Of a stretch of DNA of 64,000 nt, positions 23,000 to 34,774 are shown piece after piece. The notes below the pieces were generated by a model. That model saw only the letters and a list, made by a program, of their open reading frames with translations, was not told where the DNA came from and made no database searches. The position numbers and the translations under genes are program-made. Each line of letters opens with the position of its first letter. The first letter of the stretch is position 1. Source of the stretch: Camelus dromedarius (taxonomy: Eukaryota); contig NC_087437.1 in the NCBI RefSeq assembly GCF_036321535.1, forward strand, positions 88,290,001 through 88,354,000. Reading direction: 5' to 3'.

Positions 23000-23449
23000 A
23001 TTGTTAAGAGATTTCTCATTAATATCAGGCATTAGCCAAAGAATTTAGTGTACTTATTGTACACACTAGTCAGCATATTATTGAAAAACTAGTTATTTAA
23101 ATTATATATTTTAATAGGACAGCCTTTCTTTTCAGTTTATAAAATCAAAAGCAATAAATCCAATAGACTGTTTTGTTGTTCACTGAAGGACAGTTACCAC
23201 TTATAGAGATGAACTTCTGACTATCAAATTAGATCACATTCTAAAGTGCTCTTGGAACTTCTTTGGGAATTACGGACATGTAAATATAACAGCTAAATAC
23301 TCAGTTTAAGCCACAATGATTCATCAGAAAAATATATGCTTCAGATTCAAAGAAGAATAGATTAATACCCAAAGACTACTTTGAAAGACATATTTCAAAT
23401 ATGTATTAAATATTTAAGGAAAGATGCATCATCTAATGTCATCTTATTC
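23000..23449 (-). pseudogene. 5'-most recognisable pseudo-exon (LDDASFLKY/NTYL ... KERLSY)
   Basis: Strong acceptor ttttctgttctttctcgattttcataaag|; motifs resemble the RGSL1/RGS22 N-terminus; the 3' boundary is uncertain. Confidence 0.5.
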
Positions 23450-25189
23450 CTTTATGAAAATCGAGAAAGAACAGAAAAGCAAGTAGAGTTTTCTGGATTT
23501 GGAGTGGAGGTGGAGTTTAGAAGTAGAGAAGATAAATACAATTTTTAAAATGATTTTTAAACTTAATACTCATAGTCCAAGATCTAGCAATTATTATGGA
23601 ATGCTTTGATTGTGTGTTGAATTTTCCAAAGATTTTTATCATGAGATTTAAAATTTTTTAATTAAAATATTATCAGTAATTAAGTCCTAGTGTTAGGTTT
23701 AATTAAAACAGGTTCTGATAAGCATTTGGCTGAAAATCAGCAGCAGTCCATAAGCAGTCAGTAACTACCAGAAATAGATAAACAAGAGCTAATTTATCAC
23801 ACTGGTGGCAGGTTGATTATCACCTTCAGATGTTAGGTCAGCAGATAATGGCTTTCTGATAAAAGGACAATTGGTGGCATTAAAAAAATAGGGCATTTTT
23901 CAACCTTTTGCATAACTTACTGAAATGAAAAAAGGAATATCAAGTAAGATAGTTTTTTCCTCACTTTTAATGGCTTTAATTGACTTTAGGAACATGAGGA
24001 TTAAAATGGGAGTTCAAATTTTTTCTTTCATCATTGCATCTCTTTAACTCTGTCACACATATTGAGAGTATTCTTATTCTTCAGTTTTCATGTCTTTCCA
24101 ACATGTTTTGAAATTAATTCTTTAAGCTTTTCAAAAAGGGAATATATTTTAAAAGGGAATTGAGTTTTAAATGCACATTATAATTTCTCTAAGATAAATC
24201 TTATTTTCAGACATCAATTGATTTCTCCCTGTAAAAATTTTTTTACCCATACAATTTTCTTACTTTAAAAATTCTCTCCCTTCCTCTTTCTCCCAAGTTA
24301 TCATCTCTATCCTTGGACTCTTCTGACATATACTATTTAGTTGAAGTGAAGTCGGCAACATCAATGTATAAATAACTACGGGAAAGAGTATGTGGCCTCG
24401 GTGTGAAAAACTTTAATGGCATCATAGAGAGTCCACTGTCAGTCTCTGGGCAGTGCTTGAAAAATTGGCACTTCCTTTTCCTCTCTGCCACCCATGAGTG
24501 AGCCCATCAGCATTTAATGGGGCCAAAATTTAGCTTAGCCCAGTTAGGTTCGGCACTGTCATTCCCCTGAAGCTACAACCAGGAAGTTCCAAGCCCACAC
24601 TCTTGACAGGGAGTATGAATGTTGCTGTCCGGCAGACAGCGTTAGATCCAGAAGCTTACAGAATTTTGAAGGCCTTCTTTAAGAAAAAAGAGTACAATTT
24701 ACTTTTCCAAAAATGCTACTGAAAGTGTTTGACTATGGGAACACATTGCTAGGGCTTCTTGTAAGGGGCTAGTGCCAACAAGGAGCTTTTTTACAGAAAG
24801 TGCGTAGAACATATCAGAATCCCTGATTCTCAGAGAGAATATCTAAGTATTTTCTGATGGTCATGGTTAGCCAGCCTGCTTCCATAAACACATTTTATAG
24901 TTAGGCATTTACTCGTTCACCTACCTATTCACCCATCAGTTCAATGTTCTGTCAATGAGTAGGCAAATGCCCCTTTTAAGATTAGGTTGAATTATTATGT
25001 AAAGTTTTCACAATCAGTTACAATTGTGTTCTTTGAAAGTGCTCAGCAAAAGCCAGGACAAAAGCAATGTGACCAGTCGATTTTGCTTTTCCTTTCTTTC
25101 TTATTTCATAAGGCCACATTTACCACTTACTTCTGAAAAATGCTTTCAGTGGTATTAAGACAAGATGGGAGGTTTAAGGTGGGGGCAGA

Positions 25190-25380
25190 AGGAAATCCCA
25201 TCTCTTAGTTTACCAGGATGCCAGTCATATTGGACTAGAGGACCACCCTATTTTGGTATAACATCTTAACTAATTACATCTTCAATGACTGAATTTCCAA
25301 ATAAAGTCAAATTCTGGGATACTGAGGGTTAGGACTTCAATATGTGAATTAGGGAGGCAGGACATAATTCAACCCATAAA
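25190..25380 (-). mobile_element. MLT1 LTR fragment
   Basis: ccagtcatattggactagaggacc...tttccaaataaagtcaaattctgggatactgagggttaggacttcaatatg. Confidence 0.85.
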
Positions 25381-25478
25381 AGTAAGGCTAACTAAAATGC
25401 TTGTGCTTTGTTTACTTTATATCTCATTTGAGGACACTGACTAATTTTATAGATCTAGTGAAAAGGTTATTTAGATGG

Positions 25479-25850
25479 TGTATTAATTTTCTAGGCCTGC
25501 CATAACAACGTACCATAGACTGGATGGTTTAAACAATGGAAGTTTATCTTCTCACAGTTCTGGAGTTTGGAGATCTACGATCAACGTACAGGCAGGACTG
25601 GTTTCCTCTGAGGCCTCTCTCCTTGGCTTACTTTGTCCTCACATGGTTGCCCCTCTGTGTGCACAAATCCCTGGTATCTCCTTCACTTCTTATGAGGACC
25701 CCAGTCATATGCGATGAAAGCCCACCCATATGATGACCTCATTTAACCTAATTACCTCTTCAAAGGCCCTATCAATAAATAAGATTACATTCTGAGGTAC
25801 CGAGGGTTAGTCCTTCAACATACTGGGGGTGCACAATTCAGTCCATAAAA
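25479..25850 (-). mobile_element. MLT1A/B-like MaLR LTR
   Basis: tgtattaattttctaggcctgccataacaacgtaccatagactggatggtttaaacaa...cacaattcagtccata. Confidence 0.9.
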
Positions 25851-26459
25851 GATGGCCTATCATGTTTTTTTCTAATTAAAACCTGCTCCCTGCTAGTGAA
25901 AATTTAATTTGGCTATTGTTGTTTCAGTTACTATTCCTCAGTGTCAACTGTTAATTATATTAATCGTAAAAGTTTTATTGAGCACCTTTAGTGTACAAAG
26001 TTTTCTCTACTCATGAATATAAAGATCATCATACAAAGATGAGATAAGAGATCCCTGACCCTAAGCAATTTTCTAATGAAGTTAGGAGGAAAAAGGGCAA
26101 AGAAAACTGAATGAGACTGTTGAGTGAATAGATTTTTCTCCAAAGGGTAGGAATGACATTGTGCTACTGATGGTGGTTGAGGTGGATGTTAGGGTAGGAA
26201 GCATAAAAAATTTCATGGAAAAGGTAGCTTTTAGGTGTACCTTGAAGTATATGTGGAGTTTAAATGGGCAGAGATCACATTCCAGTAAATCCAAATATAG
26301 AAATACTCATAGCATGGAAAACAAAGTTAAATTCTATCTGTGATACCAAAAGACCATGAAATAATTGCAAATGTTTCAATAAAAATTGTATGCAGTTGAT
26401 TATATGCTTATGATCATGTGAAAGTTTGGGATCCATTGAATCAACATTTAATACAACAT

Positions 26460-26595
26460 CATAAATAACAGTAAATATTTATAGAAAAAATTACTGTTTC
26501 TGACACTGTTCTGAGCACTTTATAGTTATTAACTCACTTAGTCCTTATAATAAACATATAAAGAGGGAGTTATTATTATCCCCATTTTACAGAAT
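26460..26595 (-). mobile_element. MIR SINE
   Basis: gacactgttctgagcacttta...tattattatccccattttacaga. Confidence 0.75.
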
Positions 26596-27089
26596 GCACA
26601 CACACACACAATTTCTTTTGGATCACAATGAACACCTTCCTGAATATACAGTGGTGTTATAACCTAACAGGCTGGATAAACAATTCTTTACTGTTGATTT
26701 ATGAAGAAAATAAATGGTTGTGGACTGGGATACAAGCTATTTACACTGCTATTTTGTTGTAAATTTAAGGATGATCCCAATGACTTTTCTTTTCTTTGGA
26801 TATTTATCTATTTTTTTTTCAATTATACCATTTAGGAAGCATTATACCATGATGTTATTACTTTTCTAATATAGTGGTAGTTAAAGTCTACTTAGAGGCA
26901 AATTCTAATCTGTTGAATGAATAAGTTTATTCTATAATGTGTTGGAACAAAATATTTTGTTTCTTAACCTGAACACTTTCCTGCTTTCAAAACGTTTTCT
27001 TAGGTTTCTGCATACATATGGAATACTTTTCCTCAAATCTGACTATTGCTCTTACCACCACCACAAACATCAATTATCCTAAGGCTGCC

Positions 27090-27230
27090 ATGAATGTGCC
27101 AGGCACTTGTCTTAAAGACCAATGGGCTAGGCAGTGAGCTAAGCACAGATATTATTTTATTTAATCCTGATAATAAGTCCATGATATAGGTACTATCACC
27201 TCCATTTTACAAAACTAAAGCTTTAAACAC
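27090..27230 (-). mobile_element. MIR SINE fragment
   Basis: atttaatcctgataataagtccatgatataggtactatcacctccattttacaaa. Confidence 0.65.
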
Positions 27231-29849
27231 CATGCATACCATTTCCACCATTAAAAGCTCCATTTAGTACCCACCTCCCCCATGAAGCTTTCCAAATTCT
27301 TTTTAATGCTTCCATAATTTTTTGATTACACAATTTTTAAAGCCAGAGTCACATTTCACATTTTATTCGTGGAATACATTAAAGTATGTAATTCCCCTAC
27401 AACATTTGGGAATAATCAAGAAGAATATTGGTTTAAAAGTAAATTTATGCCCTACTTTTTATTAAAATGTCTGTATTTTAATTATTTTGCCCAGATTATC
27501 TTGGTAGCAAAGTAGTACCAGAGAAGGGTAAATGAAAGAAACTGGAGTGGAGAAAATGTTGCTATATGGTTATAGGTAATTGATAAGGGATCTTTAGGTT
27601 AGAATGAGACTAATGAAAATTATTTTAAAAACAAAACAAACTAAAACAAAACACCTCTGAGAAGAACAAGCCTAATCTCTAAAGAGTAGAATGAAGGTGA
27701 CTTTCAAAGGCAAGTTGGCCAACTAAATGGGAATGATAATTCACTGAAAGGTTTAATCTGTTTCTATTTTCCTATAAAATGAAATAAGGAGAAATAATAA
27801 ATTGACTTTAAATTATATCAATCAAGAGAAGCTAGGATATGTATGATCCAAAATGTTAATTTCAGAAAGGAAAACTAGCCAGTCTTCTGTTTCCAACAGT
27901 GTTTGTAAAAATAGCAAGAATATTTTCAGTTATGCCTCAGTTATTTTGAGAGGTAAAGATACAATAATGAATGATAAAAGACCCTTGCTTTCAAGAAAAT
28001 CATACTCTCGGGTGGTATATGAGAACAAATCAATGTGATAATTTCTTTGTTTTTATAGAGAAATGACATTTACTAGTGATTTTCCTTAAAAGTATTGAAA
28101 TTAGAAAAATTAGAACATAGATTAGCTTAGTAATTAGTGTTATTTTAATTGCTTATTTCTGAGTTCTTCTGAATGCATTCTTGCTGTTCTTCAGAAGATT
28201 GTTTTTCCCTGTTACAGTATTATATTCTTTACATTCCTAAATATTTTGTTTAGCATCTTTTAACTGTAACACTTAAATGTTTAAACATGATAGTTTTATT
28301 TTATTTTATTCTTTTTAATGATCACTTTAAACATTTTTTCATCTTTGTCCAAAAACAATTAATAGTTTAGTGTCTAACTTTTCCTCAGCAACATAATTCT
28401 TAATTCCAAGTTCATTTGTGTATTGAAATTCTAATTTTGGTAGAATTTCACTAGATCATTTCTATATTTGTCATCAGAAAGACTGCTGCTGGCTTTCTTA
28501 TCTTTTTTTCTGTTTCTCTTTATGGTGTTGAACATGTTTAGCCTCTCTCCCCCCATTCTTTGCAGCCTGCCATTAGGCTCATTTTCTGTTTTCTTTTGTA
28601 ATCTCCAAATATGTTTGTGGGAATGTAGGATATAATATTTAATCAATATTTTGTAAGTACACTTTAACTTTTGAAAATATTATTGTTTGTCTCATTATAG
28701 TCAAGTAGCAGCATATTTGATGTAAAATGTGATATTCATGCTCTGAAATGCAGACTAAATAGAACTTTGAGGAAGTTAAGTGATTCTTTAGAATGAAATG
28801 AAATATACATGTTGTAAGCATGTTCTGGATAGAATTATATTTACGTTTTCTACTTAACATTCAATATTTACTCTGTGCTCATATTCTAGCCCATTGTTTA
28901 ATTTAGTTTTTATTACATGCCACCTTGTATTATTATTTGGTTAGTATAAATGAGTACTATTTCCCCCAGTAGGTGTCAATCTTTGATATGTCTTTTAATT
29001 ATCCACAGGGCATAGTATACAGCCTTGCATACAGTAGGTGCTAAAAATTATCAATTATTTGATTATATTTCCATGAAGATCATGTCCATTGTATTGATCA
29101 ACATTACTAACCAATTAGTTGTTCCCTAGCTATAGAGGTAAGTAAGGCCTTCTATTTTCTTTTCTCAAATGACTGGCTTCCCTAGGTTTTTGATTTGATG
29201 GGAGTGAATTAGGAAGGTACTGAAAAGCAGTCAGTCTGACTGAGGCTAACCTGTAGCCACTTAGATAAGGCAGAGAGTAAAATATGAACCTCTCCAGTCT
29301 CTTTCCCTCAGAGCTTGCCAACTACTCACTTCACAGTAGTGACATGCTGGGAAAATAAAGAGTAGTTTTTTTAACCTCTGGACATTGAATGATAAACATA
29401 ATGATATGCTTGTCTGTATGAAGATGTCACTTCTGCATCAATAGTTTCCCAACCTGTGTATCACATCCCAAATTCATCTGGTTTTCCTATGATAAAGAGG
29501 AGTAGGCCTTTCTAAATATGTCCTGTAAGAACTCAGTAAGATTCTAGCAGCCAAAACAATACCTCATTCTTCCCGTACCCTGCAAAGTCCACAATGCCTG
29601 ATGTATCTCCATCAATAAGGCAGTCTTTGTGGATTATACAATGCCTTCATGCAGAAGTCCTCCTTTCAATTGCAATTACTCATGGGAAGGATAGCATGGT
29701 AAATTCCTAGCATCAAACATACTGGAATGGAGGGAAAGGAACAAAAACACATAGAACAAAACTCAAACTCTTATACAGAATTTCTGCCAAGGTCCAGACC
29801 CATGCAGAATAAAAGAAACCCTCTGGTAATACATAAGTGAAAGTTCTTT

Positions 29850-30170
29850 TTCACTTCAGGCTTTTATTCATGCTGTTTGCATAGTCTGGATGCTTTTTCA
29901 GGCCTTCCAACTTCATTCATCAAGTTAATATTTACATACCCATCAGCTCGCAGCTAAAATAGTATTTCTTGAGCACAGCCTTCCCTGGCATAGGCCTTCT
30001 GTTACTCTCTCTCATTATCCTCTGTAACTTTCCATTGTGTCTTGTAGTCTGTAAGGTCCTTGAGGTCAGGAATCACGTCTGTCTTGACCATTATGGCAAT
30101 TTCTGTTCCTAGCACAATGCCTGACATAGCAGGGATAACACTATGAAGGTATTCATGAACCGGTATTGAA
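29850..30170 (+). mobile_element. L2 3' fragment
   Basis: gtctgtaaggtccttgaggtcaggaatcacgtctgtcttg...cctagcacaatgcctgacatagcag. Confidence 0.75.
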
Positions 30171-32504
30171 TTCTATTTATTCTTGTGAAACCAGGTCAGT
30201 CCATCTATATATTCACATTGCCAATCACAGTTTCAGGTTTTGGATTGACTCTCTTGAATTTATAGTCTCTCACTGCTCCCAAGAGACACCAGTGGCGTTA
30301 TTTTATTCACTTACCCTCTTCAAACTATTACTTCTTTTCCTATTGTAATTTCTCAAGAATCCAGTTTTGAAAGTATTCAGTCAATTGTTACTTCTCACAA
30401 GTTTTTAACTTTCCTCTGTATGGCAAAAGCATGGAATACAGACACTGTCCCAGAGGGCATCATTATGATGCCCAAGCAAAATTTGATCCACCAGATCAAA
30501 CACACACATCATATGTAAACATCAAAGTAAAGTGGATTTTCTAACGTTGAGTAGATACTCAAACAGATATTTTTGTTTTTGAAACATTTTCCTGGAAGGT
30601 GCAAATGACTTGAATGTGTATCCTTGTCTTCACTGCAGCTTCTTTACTTGAGGAAAGAGGTGGATTTGAGTTTCAGGTACCCGCAGGGTATATAACATTT
30701 TGCTATATTTCCTTTGAGATTCTCTCACCTTCTCTACCACAGCATGGGGGAAGGTATGCAGCCAGACTTCCTGTGCATTTACTGATAAGGATATGGATTT
30801 TTTTAAATGTACATTATTTTAGACACGTCAACATACTTAAGGCTTTAGATCCAAAGGCATTATGATAGGAACACAGAGATGACAAAACAGGAATGAATAC
30901 CAGCCACATCAGTGAATAGATTCTACTGTTACCTGGTGATTATTCAAGGGAGAATTTACAAAGACCTGAGTAAAATTATCTCATATTTATGTTACTATGA
31001 TCACTGTCTTTTCTTTGGTTTAATTTTTTATGAAGTCTTTTATGATTAGATTCATGCAAAATGTGAAACAAAAGTTATAGCAAAACCTACAGTGTCAACA
31101 CAGGAAGTTAATATTAAATCCCCAAAGAGGAAAATACTGCTCATTCCAGAAATCCAAAATATAAATTTGAGGGCAGGTTACTGACACACTGCTGTCACTG
31201 TTGTCAGCTCACTAGTACTCAAAGGTCCATGGAACCTCTTCTATTAAACATAATTGCCTGTTCATGGCGTTGCAACATCCAAACAGATTATAGATACTTT
31301 CATGTGATATGTGGACAGATTTTAGAATTACTTATTATCTTGACACTTTTTAGCCCCAAATATTGCTGAGCTACTTGCATTGTAATAGATACTGTGTCTG
31401 AATATTTAAAAAAAGAATGTTCTAAATCCTTAAAAATTAGAAATCTTTTACATCCTTTTTGGTAATTATCTAAATGTACAATCTTTGGAAAATATTACAG
31501 CTAAGCCCAAATATGAAGTGATATTTCTGAGCGAGGAAAGATAGATTATTTGATTAATGATCTGTTTTCCCATGTGCATAGCCATATTTAAACATAACAT
31601 AAATGGCCTGTTGTATTTTCAAATGTGTGTGTATATAGTTTATATGTTCCTGAGTTTACTGATATCTGAACCTCTTGGACCATGACAGATAAGATGTCAA
31701 TAAAAAATAAGTGCTAGTTGGTGCAAACTATGAAATGTTCAGTTTACTTCATAACAGTAAAAAATAAAAAGACATAGGGTAGAAGTAGCTCAATAATGAC
31801 ATCAAATACAAGTTTTTGTCTCTTTCTTGGGGTCTATAGACTGACATATGACTAACCACTTCCCAATATTATGTTCAATCTTAAACTTTAATTAATTTTA
31901 CTGCAGAAATTCCCTACTTGGGGCTCAACACCTCAGTTCTCCAGTCCCCATCACACTCCACTGACAATAAAAAAAAACAAATAAATAAATCAACACAAAT
32001 GATAACTTTTGGTGTCAAGTAACAAGATAAGACAAACCTAGGGATATGGTGGACACAGTCTTAGAAAACAATAGAAACTTGCAGAATAAAGTCCAAACTA
32101 TTGTTACTTACTGCTAGAAATTGAGAGGATTCCTTTTTATACTGGCTCTTATCACTAGGAAGCAGGATCCTATATTAATGAGAACTGGTTTCTGTGCCAT
32201 TTTAGGAAAATTACAGCCAATTTCATAAGATGTGTATATTCTAATGACATGGCTGTATCTTATATCTGGGACAATCAATCTCTAGGTGCAGAGAAAGATA
32301 AATATTAGATTAATTTCAAGTACATAATTAGGATTTTTCTAGTTAGTAGGATGAAAAGCATAAATGAAATTTTTGTTAAGTTATTTGAATTTAGTTTTAA
32401 AACTCTCCCTGTGCTAAGATTAAGTCCTTATTTATTGTTTGGTGCTAAATAATCTTTTAAAAGGAATTGAAAGTGATAGGAATGCTTCTCCTATTAGTTA
32501 CAGT

Positions 32505-32990
32505 AATAAGTATTTTTAGCATCTACCATATGTGAATTGTTACCAAGGAAAAAGTAGTATAAGTTAAGAAACAGAGTCTATCAAACAATCTCTCATGCAC
32601 ACACATATACATACTATACTGTGCTAAAATGCTATGAAGGAAATGTACATGGTGCTATCAGAACATGTAATAAAGGGAGCCTGTTTAATCTGGTCAGGGA
32701 TGTCTGGAATAAGTGATGTTTTATTTCTATGAAAAGGGATACTTAAACTGGACTGGAGAATGTGACAAGAGGGAAGAATTTTCACACAGAGGGCTCAGCA
32801 TGTGCACAGATCTTGAGCAGAAGTGAAGAGAACAGAAAAGGGTATGAATCATTGTGATGGTCTGGGAAGCCAGCAGGAGGCTAGATTCTGCAGGCCTCTG
32901 AGGCCACATTAAGTATTTGAGACTTAATCTGTAGAGCAATAGATGTCAATGAACAGGAGGGTTAAATGACAAATCTGCATCCTTAAAAAG
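32505..32990 (-). mobile_element. L2 fragment
   Basis: gtatttttagcatctacc...cagcatgtgcacagatcttgag...gacttaatctgtagagcaat. Confidence 0.6.
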
Positions 32991-33659
32991 AAAATATCTT
33001 ACTTGGCAAAATAAAAGACAAAATCTATGCTAACTCTACATATTTTCTCCTCCTAGGAATCTCATTTCAAGCTTGTGCAATCCAAAAGTCTTAAACTATT
33101 TTTTAGTACCATAGGGAGTTTTCCAAAGCAAAGATTCAGTTATTGAGGGTGATCCTACTTTAATGATCTACACACATATAAACATTTATTGATAATAGAA
33201 AGGTCCCTTAGGGATCTGATGCTCTCAGTGGGTTGTGCAGACATTCTCTAAGAATCAGTTTTATCAGCCTGGTGGTGGCAGAAGCAATGGCGTGGCTTAT
33301 AGTGTTATAATACCTGGGTCACAACAAAAAGATGGAGAGGGTTTGTTTGGCTCCTGCAATTGATGGATGGTCACCATTGGATAGCAAACGAGCAATTTTG
33401 GCCAAATTGGCAAACAAGGAAGAAGAGAATCTCAAAAAAGATGTCTGGACTTGGAAATCAAGGGAATCTGGCCCAGAGTCAGGAGATGTTGATGGGTGAC
33501 ATGAGAAGGAAACCAGGCTTCTGTGATGGACCAGAGCAAGAAGACCAATAGCTTTCTTTGCATCTATATACCTGCCCTGGCTTAGGTACCTGAGGGCATT
33601 ATTGTTTTTCTGGCAGTAGTGTTTATCTTTCTCCCCTCAAATATGATTGTCTCCCAAAG

Positions 33660-33824
33660 ATCCTCCACATCTGTTTTTCCTCTTCCATTTTTCTCTCTGT
33701 CTCTCTCTCTTTAATCTCTTTAAAAATACTTCATTTTTAATTTAACCTCCCACCTCTCTTCCCCATCACTCCTTTCCTTTTCTTTCTTTTTTGCAACTGA
33801 CCATGATATGGAACACAGGTAAGT
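33660..33824 (+). other. Candidate splice element: long AG-free pyrimidine tract, ACTGAC branch motif, CAG|GTAAGT
   Basis: No AG occurs from 33660 to 33816; the first AG (33817-33818) is immediately followed by a consensus donor GTAAGT. Confidence 0.4.
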
Positions 33825-34189
33825 GCTTTAAAGTATTTGCTATATTCATTTTTAAAAAGTTTTATAATTTCTATTCATTATTTATAATTTATCTAAAACT
33901 ATTAAAATCAATTCTAAATTGCTATATTTGGATAAGATTTATTTTTATTTTAAGTCAGGGTTCCTTGAAAGGAAGAAATAAAACAGAGTGATATTCTGCT
34001 GAAATCTAAAGAACAGGAAATGCTCTGTGATAACATATCACAGTAATAAAAGCTCACATTAGCACTGTCTCCTATTTCGAGTAGACATTTTTAATCATTT
34101 TCTAGGCAGTAGATGAATGATAATATTGATTTATGAATCCTTAAAAAGCAAGTTGACCAAAAGCTGTTGGGAAATTACATTGATTATAT

Positions 34190-34400
34190 TAATAGTAGTG
34201 CATACTTTAAAAAGTGCTAGGTTTAAGGTTTTGCATGGGTTATCCTCATTAAATCCTCACAAAAATCTTATAAGACAGCAACTGACATGTTATAATTTTA
34301 TAAGCTGTGAAACTGAAGTTTAAAAAGGTCAAATGAATTGCCTTCTAAACAGGCAGTTGGAGAGCTTAGATTCAAACCCAGGTAGAGTTACTCTAGAATT
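34190..34400 (-). mobile_element. MIR SINE
   Basis: tcattaaatcctcacaaaaatc...gaaactgaagtttaaaaaggtcaaatgaattgcc...gattcaaacccagg. Confidence 0.75.
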
Positions 34401-34689
34401 ACAAACTTCTTTGCTAATCTGGTCAACTGTCTCTTACTAGTCCTACATTTGTAATGCAGCATCAACTGTGCAAAAGTGTGTTAGTAGTTCACAGATTAAA
34501 AAAAGATATTTTCAACTTATAAATTAAATTGCATTTTCTTTGGAAAACTACAATATTTATTCCTACACAATCTTTCTCTATTTTGTTTTATTATTAGCAA
34601 TAATGTCTTTATACATTGATATATAAATTGTAAAACCTAAAATTCTAGCCCAAAACATCGTTTTAAAAAACTTAAAGTTAGTACTTGAG

Positions 34690-34774
34690 GGGGAGGATAT
34701 AGCTCAGTGGTAGAGCACACGCTTAGCATGCATGGGGCCCTGGGTTCAATACCCAGTACTTTCATTAAAAAAAT
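34690..34774 (+). mobile_element. tRNA-Ala-derived SINE (Vic-1-like), short form
   Basis: ggggaggatatagctcagtggtagagcacacgcttagcatgcatggggccctgggttcaatacccag plus an A tail. 16-bp TSD aaagttagtacttgag / aaagatattacttgag (2 mismatches). Confidence 0.92.

Larger units (their letters stand above)
3560..23449 (-). pseudogene. Decayed multi-exon gene, putative RGS22/RGSL1-family multi-RGS-domain paralogue
   Basis: About ten same-strand segments, most bounded by ag/gt splice signals, give protein-like frames broken by stops and frameshifts. Several motifs resemble RGSL1/RGS22 as recalled (see findings). Confidence 0.65.
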
